From sequence record OR228459.1: a DNA stretch of 64,000 bases. One strand, 5' to 3'. The notes beneath the pieces are model-generated. The model saw only the letters and a program-made list of their open reading frames with translations. It ran no database searches and had not been told where the DNA came from. This document shows, in pieces, positions 40,730 through 50,520 of the stretch. Position numbers and translations under genes: made by a program. Within the stretch, counting starts at the first letter, position 1. Each line of letters starts with the position of its first letter.

Positions 40730-43700
40730 TTAGTTACCAATATTGATGTTACTCTTAGCAAGTGAGCTAATAATTGATACATTATCAACAGTCGCAGTAC
40801 TAACAAAGAGTTGATCTGGTAAGCATGGGATTTCAAATAATTCACCAAACTTACTATTAGGGTTGTTAGGAACTAACACAACAGTACTAATTTCAGTACT
40901 CAATTGCATATGAATATATGCACATAATTCAGTAAAGAAGAATGTATCACCAAAGTTCCAGTTCTCAACTTTAAAGAAGTCGTTGGTAATACTTATTACT
41001 CGTTGACGAATTTCATCATCACTTAAAGTACTGTTTGGAACCTTAACAACTTTGATATCAGCTTGATATGCTGGATCTGCACTATTTCCAAATAGCGGTA
41101 CATAGTTGGCACTGTGCCAAATAATACTATCACTGATTACAATCTTAGCTTCAACATCCTTAAACATATCTTTTAGTTCAACACTTGTTGGTGGTTTAGG
41201 GAAAATACCCTGTGCACCATTTTTAATCCACAAATCAATATTAGATTTATATGAATTAGTTAGAACATACATGTCAATTAAGTTAGTTTTACTTGGGTCA
41301 ATACGATTATCGTCTGGTGCATAGTGTTTCCAGTGGAACATAATTCCAGTACGAGCATTTGATACGAAATAATATTGACTAGTCACATCTTTATATCCAT
41401 AGAACGAAAGTTTCTTGTTATCGTCAACATTATTTTTACCTTCATTCATGATAGCACGATAAAATGCAAGTTCTGGTGTCATTTCTATTGTATCATCTGG
41501 ATCTGATAGATTTGCAAGCAATGTGTTCAAGCGGTCATTATTATTTCCAACAGTTTGTTCAATAAAATAAGATTTACCATTATATTTGAAACCAATTGTA
41601 AATCCAGAACCTTTACCAAATAAATCACTTAATGATGTACTTCTAATTTGCACGTTTCTAAGAAATTCTTGTCGTTTGTATGTGTTTACTTCAGCCTGTG
41701 CATCAGATTCAGTATAATTCCATGTGGTATCGAGTAATGTGAATGATGAAGAAGGTAAATTTAATATATCAATTGTAAAATCTTCATTTTCACGGAATAC
41801 TAACACTCCACCAAATTTTACTGCATCTTCACCAGTGAAATTAGGTACAACTGAAGAAAATTGATTCGGTTCCAAAGGAATTCCATTACTATCAATGTCA
41901 GTACTAGTAATAATTACACGAGACCCGTCTAAATATCCATTTTCCTGTTGGATAGTATCTAGAATTTGGAAATCAACTGACCTTCCTATACCTAAATTAC
42001 TGTCAGGGGTACTGTTACATGGTAGAATATCAATTTTATCTGATTGAACAGTACCAGTACTAATATCTGAAATCTTTTTAGTACTTACAAAGTAGAATTT
42101 AACTTTATCTCCACCAACAAACACGTAGTTTATACCATATCCGTCAAATTCCCATGATTCAGCCGTGTATTGTACGCGAACTAATATTGGATATATTACA
42201 TTGTTATATTGTATTGTATCATCATCAGTACTACCTTCAATTGGAATCCATGAAAGTGTTGCCGTATCGTAAATGATGACGAAATCAGTTTTCTTACTCA
42301 TCATTGCCGAAATAGCTTGCAATTCAACAGTATTAAACTGCACACGATATGGTTTAATGTAAGAATAGATTGTCATTTCAGGTGGAATAGGTTGTGATAG
42401 TACATAATAACCATCATCAGTTCTACCAATAATACTCGTCCAGTTCCCAGATGAAGTATTACTTCTAAAATTAATTAATGTACCAACTTCAAAAGTGGTT
42501 TTTGATTCATCGTTGACTACAATTCTACCATATGTATTTTTGGAATACAACGAATTATATTCAGGTCTCCAGTATTCATTATCAGTTGGATAAACAGTGT
42601 TTGCATCCCATTCTTGGAATGTTTGGATGACAGATGTTTGACCGATGATAGGTTGAATAGAATCAACAATAATGGTTTCATTTGATTTAGTTGTTGGGAG
42701 TAAAACACCATTTCTAATAGTGGTTTTTTCACGATACATCGCACCATCATCTGCGAACACATCTGTATTTTGATATTTCCCGGTTGGGTCATTAATATCA
42801 ATAAATCTCGACTGACCAGAGTAAATGCGGTTAATTGCTTTAGCTTTTAGTACTGTATTACCCAACATCAAAGGTGCAATATTATAATCTTCACCATTCA
42901 CGAATCGGTTTTGAGTATAATACATTTGTGGAGCACGATCTTTTATTTGTTCAATAGTTTCTGCACTTTGTGCTAGACCAGTTTCATATTGCAATGAAAA
43001 TTTAATATCTAGTGTACTATTTTCATAATCGGTTTGTGATTTAGTACGGTAAACGTATTTGATACCTTTGTTTTGAATATCAGATGTTTTAATTGTATAT
43101 GTTTCACCATTACTAACACGATACCACATACGGAATGTACCACGTGGAACAACACCACTACGTTGATCAGGGAATTTAATACTAATTTGGTCATTATCAC
43201 GAGTTGTTACTGAGAAAATAGTTTTTAACTGTCTTTGTACTGAGTTATATGCAATTGATTCCATTGAAGGAACTTTTGTCCATTTTGTACGTACAATACC
43301 ATCTTCGTTAATTTCCTGTACCCAAACATCGGTTTCGTTAATGTTGTTTGTGTTAATATCCTGAATACGGTTCTCAATACGAACATCATATTGATAATCC
43401 GTGTATGATAACGTACCCTGTTTGAAATAAACAAAGAAACCAGTGTTAGGTGAAGCAAATCCATTACCGTCATTACGATATATAATGAATTTTTGTTCTT
43501 GTGGTTCTGGATGACGTTCATCAGCACCGATACTATTAATGTCAGGGTTAACGACTTCAAATGTAGTTGATGTACCATTAATTACCGCAGTAAATGGAAT
43601 ACTAGGAGCACTCATTGGAAGAGTATTCATGCGATATAGTTGGTTGGATACACCATTAATAGAATTCTTTTTAACTGGATTGCCAAATTGATTGGAAGAA

Positions 43701-44194
43701 ATGAACGCACTGTTCATTACTAGAATAAAGTTTTCATACCAGTTATTATCCGCTGGGTCATTCCAACGAATTGTTTTATTTTTAAGAGATTCGTTGTAAC
43801 TGTTACGAATATCTTGGTTAGTTTTAATTTCAGTTAACTTAGCTAGGCCACGACCCGGATAAGCACGTTTTGGTGCATAAGAAATCATCTTAGCAAGTTT
43901 AAGTACGGAAGCTCTACGTTCAGCCGTATCTAAAAAGTTTTCACGACTGTTTAAATCCATACGGAATGCCAAGTTCTGGCCTAGCATGGAGATTGTATCT
44001 AGAATAAAGATAAATTCAGAGTTTTCAATCCAGTCATTAAATGAATCAGGATAGGTAAGACGCAAGTAGTTAATCATACTCTCACGAATTGTGTCAAAAT
44101 CATACGCAGTTAGGTTGATCTTGAAGAAACTTTCGTATACCTGTTTCCAGTTCTCCGCAGCGTATAGATTAGATTGTCGTTTTTGTTGTGTCAT
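40730..44194 (-). CDS. gp6: Baseplate wedge subunit (T4 gp6-like)
   Basis: DFDTIRESMINYL...FNDWIENSE...ENFLDTAERRASVL.LAKMISY.PKR; Q.R.V..EDY. Confidence 0.85.
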   Translation of the reverse strand: MTQQKRQSNLYAAENWKQVYESFFKINLTAYDFDTIRESMINYLRLTYPDSFNDWIENSEFIFILDTISMLGQNLAFRMDLNSRENFLDTAERRASVLKLAKMISYAPKRAYPGRGLAKLTEIKTNQDIRNSYNESLKNKTIRWNDPADNNWYENFILVMNSAFISSNQFGNPVKKNSINGVSNQLYRMNTLPMSAPSIPFTAVINGTSTTFEVVNPDINSIGADERHPEPQEQKFIIYRNDGNGFASPNTGFFVYFKQGTLSYTDYQYDVRIENRIQDINTNNINETDVWVQEINEDGIVRTKWTKVPSMESIAYNSVQRQLKTIFSVTTRDNDQISIKFPDQRSGVVPRGTFRMWYRVSNGETYTIKTSDIQNKGIKYVYRTKSQTDYENSTLDIKFSLQYETGLAQSAETIEQIKDRAPQMYYTQNRFVNGEDYNIAPLMLGNTVLKAKAINRIYSGQSRFIDINDPTGKYQNTDVFADDGAMYREKTTIRNGVLLPTTKSNETIIVDSIQPIIGQTSVIQTFQEWDANTVYPTDNEYWRPEYNSLYSKNTYGRIVVNDESKTTFEVGTLINFRSNTSSGNWTSIIGRTDDGYYVLSQPIPPEMTIYSYIKPYRVQFNTVELQAISAMMSKKTDFVIIYDTATLSWIPIEGSTDDDTIQYNNVIYPILVRVQYTAESWEFDGYGINYVFVGGDKVKFYFVSTKKISDISTGTVQSDKIDILPCNSTPDSNLGIGRSVDFQILDTIQQENGYLDGSRVIITSTDIDSNGIPLEPNQFSSVVPNFTGEDAVKFGGVLVFRENEDFTIDILNLPSSSFTLLDTTWNYTESDAQAEVNTYKRQEFLRNVQIRSTSLSDLFGKGSGFTIGFKYNGKSYFIEQTVGNNNDRLNTLLANLSDPDDTIEMTPELAFYRAIMNEGKNNVDDNKKLSFYGYKDVTSQYYFVSNARTGIMFHWKHYAPDDNRIDPSKTNLIDMYVLTNSYKSNIDLWIKNGAQGIFPKPPTSVELKDMFKDVEAKIVISDSIIWHSANYVPLFGNSADPAYQADIKVVKVPNSTLSDDEIRQRVISITNDFFKVENWNFGDTFFFTELCAYIHMQLSTEISTVVLVPNNPNSKFGELFEIPCLPDQLFVSTATVDNVSIISSLAKSNINIGN

Positions 44195-44224
44195 ATCGTT
44201 ATACCTCGAATATTAGTATAGAAA

Positions 44225-44230
44225 TATTTA
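44225..44230 (-). promoter_or_regulatory. Late promoter TAAATA
   Basis: Upstream of the gp6-like start. Confidence 0.6.
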
Positions 44231-44232
44231 TC

Positions 44233-44260
44233 AAAAAGAAAGGCACCCCGAAGGATGCCT
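44233..44260 (-). terminator. Intrinsic terminator with cUUCGg loop
   Basis: Minus strand AGGCATCC-TTCG-GGGTGCCT-TTCTTTTT. Confidence 0.8.
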
Positions 44261-44264
44261 AATA

Positions 44265-44657
44265 TTAAAAGTTTGATGCGATCGCTATCATTTTTTCGTT
44301 AGTTCGTCTGTCAAATACAATCTGCAAATCTTCAACTGTTTCCAATTCAACATAGTGCAGAGAAATATCAATAATATATCCATATTCTGTATTTGAAACT
44401 TCTAAGTACTCAAGTTCAACACGAGGTTCTTGGGCGATTATACGTCTAGCGTCATCATCTAGTGCTTGTTTTACACTTGGTTCGTCTAATTCGAAAACTA
44501 GATCCCATCCAATGAATCCGTACTCAGCATCGAATGCCCTTTCACCCTTACGAGTATTGAAATGATTAAGTAAATCTTGTTTTACAAGTTCTTCATCATA
44601 TAGTACTTTAGTTCGACCAACAACAGGAGATGAAAACCCTTTGAATATAACTGCCAT
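44265..44657 (-). CDS. gp25: Baseplate wedge / sheath initiator (gp25/GpW family)
   Basis: LVKQDLLNHFNTRKGER.FD.EYG...W.L.FE...II..EPRV.L. Confidence 0.9.
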   Translation of the reverse strand: MAVIFKGFSSPVVGRTKVLYDEELVKQDLLNHFNTRKGERAFDAEYGFIGWDLVFELDEPSVKQALDDDARRIIAQEPRVELEYLEVSNTEYGYIIDISLHYVELETVEDLQIVFDRRTNEKMIAIASNF

Positions 44658-44666
44658 TTATTATCC

Positions 44667-45155
44667 TTACTGTAAAGACTCTACAATACGAGCTAGTTTC
44701 TCGGCACGTGAAGTAGTTTGCCTGTACCACTTAGAATCACGCATTTCTTTACCAGCAGTTCGGTAATCACCTTTCCCCATTGCAATTAATGCTTTGCGGA
44801 AGTTGAGTACAGAAGGTTTACCCATTTGGAAAACCATCTGCCATAGAACACGTTGTAATTCAACTGGCCCAGACATTTTATATTGTTCGTAAATTGATTT
44901 AGCATCGTTGTATGCATTACGAGCATCTTTAAGTAGCAAAGCGTCTGCCTCGGCTTCGGTTAGACCATTTGAGAAGTTTTCACCCGGACGAATTAAGTGT
45001 CCGTAGCCGATTGTTGGTAGTCCTAAGCTATCTTTATATGTCCAGAACTTGCCATTCTTGAACATGCCTTTAGCGGTTTGAAACTCTTTCGATCCTTCAT
45101 AGATTTTTACATCACTGAAAAATTGAGCGTCATCTGCGGTTAAAGTCCAACTCAT
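44667..45155 (-). CDS. T4-lysozyme-like muramidase (GH24), endolysin or tail lysozyme
   Basis: YEG...YKDSLGLPTIGYGHL (E-D-T triad), QMVFQMG, DSKWYRQT..RA. Confidence 0.9.
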   Translation of the reverse strand: MSWTLTADDAQFFSDVKIYEGSKEFQTAKGMFKNGKFWTYKDSLGLPTIGYGHLIRPGENFSNGLTEAEADALLLKDARNAYNDAKSIYEQYKMSGPVELQRVLWQMVFQMGKPSVLNFRKALIAMGKGDYRTAGKEMRDSKWYRQTTSRAEKLARIVESLQ

Positions 45156-45188
45156 ACTTATTCTCCTTTATTTAGTCGCCTAAATTAT

Positions 45189-47858
45189 TTATTGACAAGC
45201 CTCCATATATAGAGCCATTGTCTCAGCACGACGAGTTGTTTGTCTGTACCATAGAGAATCACGTATATGATGTGCTGCTAACTTATAATTACCTTGTTGC
45301 AATGCTTTGAACATACCTTTAAATTTGCCAAGTGCTCCTGCACCCATTTGATATGCCATTTCAACTAAAACGATCTGACACAAATAAGGTGTTTGTAAAC
45401 TATATTGTGCATATAATCTTTTAGCACCATCAACTGAACGTTGTAAATCTTTAATTAATATTTGCTTCGCTTGTTCTGGTGTGATACCATTGTTGAATAC
45501 ACCACTAGCACGTTCACTGGCGGTTACCAAGTGACCATATCCAATGTCCTGTCCTTTAACTGGATCTGGGAAGACCCAGAATTTACCATTACGGAAGTGT
45601 CCTACTTTAGTTTGGTACGCAATAGTACCTTCAAAGTTAATGGTATCGTTAACAAGTTTTTCGTCAGTTGCTAGTACTTTCCATCCTACCGCAGTTTTAT
45701 CAACAGGGCCAAGTGAAATAGCAGGTGTATCATCATTAACCGAAACTTGTCGTTTTGCAGTTTTTCTACGCGGAACATGTCGAGAACCACGTTGTGAATA
45801 TCCACTACCAATACTCTTAACTTTAGTCATTACAACTAATTCATCACTGTTTTCCGAATAGGTTGTTGCATCCATTTGTGGAGCATTAGGGTTACTAGGC
45901 TGACCACCAGTTAATCCTTTATTTGCTGCATCTGCACCTTCACCCGTTACAGTTGCGTAGAATTTACCCGGATCAACAGTTCCGCTGAAACCATATAGAT
46001 TTGCAGATACACGGCGAATTTCAAATTGGATAACACCTTTACCAGTACCAATAACATCACCTTTCTGTACTCTAACACCATTACGTACACTAACATTCAA
46101 TCCATAGAATACTGACTTATAACCTGTCATGTGAGCTACTATCACACCATCAGTACCAATTGTAGTTATAGTACCAAAATCTGGTGCTACCACTTCACCT
46201 TTAGTTTGAATTGTCCAACCATACCTATCAGAAGTTTTACCTTCTTGTGTTGGAACACTCTTACCCCAATATCCAAATTCACGAATAGTACCAGTACAAG
46301 GCATAAACATATACAATCCTTCGAAAGTTTGTGTATATGTCATACTGTCACTAGAATATAGTAAATCTTGAGTTACAACTTGAGAAACTTCTTGAGTACT
46401 GTTAATGTACTGAACAGCTTCGTATTCAGCTTCTTCCGGTATCACTGGTTCAACATCATTAGCGGGTTGTGCGGGTTGTGCTTGTGATGCACTACTTGAT
46501 CCGCCGCCACCTTGAGGTGGTTTCATTGCATCACTGTGATTTTCTGCGTTAGAGAACTGTGCGTGATAGTGAATGTGATCATTTAATCCAACTTGTGGTG
46601 ATTTAAAATCTGGAGCACCCATAACGGCAGTGCTTGCAGTACTTCCACTTTTGACAGTTAAGCTATTACCACCACCCGATAAGTTTACAACACTACCTGA
46701 AATATCAACGTTAGATCCAGCAGTAATTGCAGTATTACTTCCAGAAGTAATATCCACACTAGAGCCAGCTTGTGCACGTAATGAAGAACCAGCAACTATG
46801 CGAATATCTGCACCACCATTAATTACTACTTGTCCACCAATTTTACTATCTAATGAACCGACTAAATTCAATTTAGTATTTCCGGCAACACTACATTGCA
46901 TATCAGCCCCAGCTTGTAAGTTAATATTACGTCCAGCTACCAAGTTAATATCTAAACCCATCCGAGCATTTAGACTTTTATCTCCATGTATCATAATATC
47001 ACCGTCAGGTGTCATTTCAATACGAGCAGTACCATCTCGGTTAATGATAAAAACAGAACCAGTAGCTTCTGAAAGAAGTAGTTGTGCACCACTACGAGTT
47101 CGTAGGACAATACCTTCGTTTTTACGAGTTCCTATAGCAGTATCGTTTACCGGGTTGTTAACTTGTGTATCTTGATACCCATCTGGATCTTGGTTCCAGT
47201 TTTGTTTGTTTAATTCTGCTTCGGTATATCCATCATCAAGAACAAAACTATTTCCACGTGGGGTACTCATTCCATATACTGTACTAGTTAATGTTCTAGT
47301 ACTAGAACGGTTTGCCGCACCTTTTTCCTCATCATATAGTAGGTTTTGTTTTTTGAGACCTTCGATTGTAGGTACGTTTGGATATTTCTCTTGAATGTTG
47401 GTTTGGATTGTGTTACGATCATAATCAGTTACTGGTACTGGCATATCATAACCGCTATTTGGTAAGTTTTCGGTTGCCATGCCCGGAACCATTGTATTCA
47501 TACGGTCATCGTAAACACACCCAATCCAATACGCATCAAACTGACGACCTTGAATGAAAATTACGGCGACTGTACAACCAACATCTGGCGGTACAGCCCA
47601 AAATCCATAACCTTTTGGATATTGTTGGTATGAGTTAGCTCCCGGTACTCCGGGAGTTCTACCTGCAAATGGAGAAAGGTAAGATGCCTCTATCCACGAA
47701 TCTTTGGAATCACGATCACTTTGTGAACCTTGAATCCAAACTTTTAATTTACCCGAATGTGTAGGGTCTCGGTTATCCATAACTGTTGCAAGTTGTGGAA
47801 AATTAGGATTAAATCTTGTTAATTGATCCTGTGCGAACTGTTTACTAGTATCAGCCAT
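45189..47858 (-). CDS. gp5: gp5-like baseplate spike: OB-fold, beta-helix, degenerate M23-like domain, C-terminal lysozyme domain
   Basis: V.DN.DP...G.LKVW, GFWAVPPDVG..V.V.F..G....YWIG, beta-helix repeats, HIHYH zinc-tip motif, lysozyme C-terminus. Start moved to ATG 47858. Confidence 0.8.
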   Translation of the reverse strand: MADTSKQFAQDQLTRFNPNFPQLATVMDNRDPTHSGKLKVWIQGSQSDRDSKDSWIEASYLSPFAGRTPGVPGANSYQQYPKGYGFWAVPPDVGCTVAVIFIQGRQFDAYWIGCVYDDRMNTMVPGMATENLPNSGYDMPVPVTDYDRNTIQTNIQEKYPNVPTIEGLKKQNLLYDEEKGAANRSSTRTLTSTVYGMSTPRGNSFVLDDGYTEAELNKQNWNQDPDGYQDTQVNNPVNDTAIGTRKNEGIVLRTRSGAQLLLSEATGSVFIINRDGTARIEMTPDGDIMIHGDKSLNARMGLDINLVAGRNINLQAGADMQCSVAGNTKLNLVGSLDSKIGGQVVINGGADIRIVAGSSLRAQAGSSVDITSGSNTAITAGSNVDISGSVVNLSGGGNSLTVKSGSTASTAVMGAPDFKSPQVGLNDHIHYHAQFSNAENHSDAMKPPQGGGGSSSASQAQPAQPANDVEPVIPEEAEYEAVQYINSTQEVSQVVTQDLLYSSDSMTYTQTFEGLYMFMPCTGTIREFGYWGKSVPTQEGKTSDRYGWTIQTKGEVVAPDFGTITTIGTDGVIVAHMTGYKSVFYGLNVSVRNGVRVQKGDVIGTGKGVIQFEIRRVSANLYGFSGTVDPGKFYATVTGEGADAANKGLTGGQPSNPNAPQMDATTYSENSDELVVMTKVKSIGSGYSQRGSRHVPRRKTAKRQVSVNDDTPAISLGPVDKTAVGWKVLATDEKLVNDTINFEGTIAYQTKVGHFRNGKFWVFPDPVKGQDIGYGHLVTASERASGVFNNGITPEQAKQILIKDLQRSVDGAKRLYAQYSLQTPYLCQIVLVEMAYQMGAGALGKFKGMFKALQQGNYKLAAHHIRDSLWYRQTTRRAETMALYMEACQ

Positions 47859-50193
47859 TGCTTGCGGTTCCTTCATCATCATCGGTTAATTGGTCACGTC
47901 TACGTAGAGAACGTATTACTAATCCACCTGTTAATTGTTGTGTAAATGAACCATTTGGCCCGAAATCACTAACAACTTTGTTTACACGGTAGATAGTTTG
48001 TGAAAATATTGTTGGAGTATCATAATCCAAGATACCAGTTTTATCACTAATCGAAACAACAGGTTTGATATTCAAAAGTAAGTACGCTTCGCTGTTAATC
48101 CAGTTAGCAAAGTGAATGTCAGTAGTATCTATTTCCATATCTTCACCAGCAACTGCTTTTTTGAGATAATTCATGTAAGAAATGTCACTCCATCCTAACC
48201 AAAATGGGTCACCTATTACTTTCATGTCTAATTTACTCAAGAAAGTACGGTTGTAGTAGTTATCACGCATCAAGCGGCGATCCATTTCGTAACTACCACT
48301 GTTATCATTAGCCGAACCTGATGTTGCAGTCTTTATGTTTTCTGGTTCTACAGGAACAGCATCAATTGTGCCATTTTTTCCACCAATACCTTCAGTACCA
48401 GCATATGTCATATCATATTCATTACGGTAATCTTCAATGTATTGTGGGCCAGAACTTTGATAGCCAAACAATTCGTTTTGTTCATCTTCTTGGCCTACTT
48501 TCATTTGTTGTGATGCTACGGCTTCGGAATCACGAATGAAACGTTCTTCTTCTTCTGTTAGAACACGGCCTTTACTTTGTTCATCTTTTAAGTCTTGTGA
48601 TTTACTCCACATATCCTGTACATTCGTGCGGATAGATGTATCATACACGGTATCACCCAATTGAATGTACTCAGCAGCGTGAGTACCAGTGCGGTTTTCA
48701 ATATCACGTTGTGTATCAGGGTTACGAGTAACAGCTACGTTAAATCCTTGATCGAATTTAAGCTCTAATTGAAGTATTTCGGTGTTTAGACCAGTAAATT
48801 GATAGTCATAGCGTTTGATATTCAATTTAGGCTCATTGTTTCCGGGTTCAGCATACTTTTCAGCATTCTCGAAGAAGTATTCAAAGTTGAATTTGTCATG
48901 TTTTAGGTCTTCTTCACTAACAACATCACCAATATTATATTTTACAATATAAAAATGGTTCTTATAGGCCAAATTAGCCCGGATTGGATCATAACCAACA
49001 TATTTCTGTACTGGAATGATGTTGACGAACTGGCGGCGACGATCAGTACTGGATTGAATTGGTATACAACAGTCCAATACATCATCGAACGCACGAGAAA
49101 CAGGAACATCAGCACCCCATGAGAAGTTTTTAGCACCATCAGAGCCGTTTACTGTGTTTCCAACTTCTTTTGATTGTTTCATATCATAGTTAATAGACAT
49201 TCCAGCTAATTCATCTGGAACGTGAATCTCATAATACAATCCATTTGCAAATTCATCATACCTGTACTGCAAATATCCGTATTGTTTTTGAGCCATTTGA
49301 TTAAGTTTATCTTGGATTTGTTGAACAAAGTCACCAAAGGTTGCTGAAGTACAAGTATAAGGTTCTTTCAACATCCAGTCTTTGTTATCAACCAATCCAG
49401 CACGTGCACGTGTCATTTGTAGGTCATACATCATAGTACCACCGCTATCGGATGCTCGTGCTTTAATAGTATTAATACGAACCGCCCATTTTCGGTTTAA
49501 ACCGGGAATTCGTTCTGGCTTACCAGTAATTGGATGGAAACCAATAAAGTCCATTTCCATTATTAGTGGTAAGTCCATAAATTTATTATATCCTAAGTCA
49601 TTTGCCAAAACAACAAGGTCGTTGAATAAACTCATGCCATTGTTTTCGGAAATCGACATAACACAGTTGTTAAATGAGAAGTTTGATGTTAGTCCGGGGG
49701 AAGCAGGGCCAGCAGTAGTGATTTGGACACTATCAATGCTGAAACGTCCTGTTACACCACTTTCAGCAATGACGTTTCTTGACACTTCAGTGTCTGGATT
49801 ATCCCAAAATAATTTATATTCTGGTGAACTTAAAGCAAATAAAGTAAAGTGATACGTGTAATTATCATATTTTAATAGAACGTTATCATATGGTACAACG
49901 AAATCATTTAAATTTGCGTCTGAATAAACACCCTCAGCACTGTTCCAGTTTTTTGGGCGTTCGCCAGTGACTTTAGCTTTATATGGGTTGGCTGAATTTG
50001 GATTCATTCCGGGAACCACACCTTCCCCCACTTCTTTTGCTTTGTTTACATCAGAAATATTAACCACTGTTTCCTGTTTAGTACTTTCTGCTGCTTGTGC
50101 CGCCTTGTATGTTAGTTCATTTGCTTGAGCACCTAATCCAGATGTTAGATCATTAAGAGTATTTGATGCTGCATTTGAAATCGTATTTGCCAC
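47851..50193 (-). CDS. Baseplate hub protein (gp27/VgrG-hub position)
   Basis: Upstream of gp5-like gene; V.GDPFWLG and YRV..V.S.F...G.FTQ.L patterns; GTG start with AGGAGG RBS. Confidence 0.55.
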   Translation of the reverse strand: MANTISNAASNTLNDLTSGLGAQANELTYKAAQAAESTKQETVVNISDVNKAKEVGEGVVPGMNPNSANPYKAKVTGERPKNWNSAEGVYSDANLNDFVVPYDNVLLKYDNYTYHFTLFALSSPEYKLFWDNPDTEVSRNVIAESGVTGRFSIDSVQITTAGPASPGLTSNFSFNNCVMSISENNGMSLFNDLVVLANDLGYNKFMDLPLIMEMDFIGFHPITGKPERIPGLNRKWAVRINTIKARASDSGGTMMYDLQMTRARAGLVDNKDWMLKEPYTCTSATFGDFVQQIQDKLNQMAQKQYGYLQYRYDEFANGLYYEIHVPDELAGMSINYDMKQSKEVGNTVNGSDGAKNFSWGADVPVSRAFDDVLDCCIPIQSSTDRRRQFVNIIPVQKYVGYDPIRANLAYKNHFYIVKYNIGDVVSEEDLKHDKFNFEYFFENAEKYAEPGNNEPKLNIKRYDYQFTGLNTEILQLELKFDQGFNVAVTRNPDTQRDIENRTGTHAAEYIQLGDTVYDTSIRTNVQDMWSKSQDLKDEQSKGRVLTEEEERFIRDSEAVASQQMKVGQEDEQNELFGYQSSGPQYIEDYRNEYDMTYAGTEGIGGKNGTIDAVPVEPENIKTATSGSANDNSGSYEMDRRLMRDNYYNRTFLSKLDMKVIGDPFWLGWSDISYMNYLKKAVAGEDMEIDTTDIHFANWINSEAYLLLNIKPVVSISDKTGILDYDTPTIFSQTIYRVNKVVSDFGPNGSFTQQLTGGLVIRSLRRRDQLTDDDEGTASNG

Positions 50194-50205
50194 AAAACCC
50201 TCCTA

Positions 50206-50520
50206 TTATTTGACTCTACGTGGACTACTTAAGTAGGTTTGAATTCGTTGCAATGAAGGAATTCGAATTACTGTTCCTGCTTTAAAATCGTATATTGGGT
50301 CTACTAAAATATTTGGATTTAGTAGAGCAAAAACGTAATATAAACGCTCATTACCATATAATTCATAAGATAAACGCCAAGGTTGTTCATCATACTTGGT
50401 TGGAATTGTATAATTAATATCGGAATCAGCAGGTACAATTCCGATTGGTAAGTTGTATGCTAAGTACCATGTCTGACGTACTTTTGCATACGGAGAGTAC
50501 TGACTGTATGTAGAAGCCAT
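50206..50520 (-). CDS. Baseplate wedge protein (gp53/LysM-like)
   Basis: Y.EQPWRLSYELYG...LYYVFA.LNP...G..I.IP. Confidence 0.75.
   Translation of the reverse strand: MASTYSQYSPYAKVRQTWYLAYNLPIGIVPADSDINYTIPTKYDEQPWRLSYELYGNERLYYVFALLNPNILVDPIYDFKAGTVIRIPSLQRIQTYLSSPRRVK

Noticed and set aside
46630-47175. 181-aa plus-strand ORF opposite the gp5 beta-helix
   Set aside because: Antisense shadow of a repetitive coding region.
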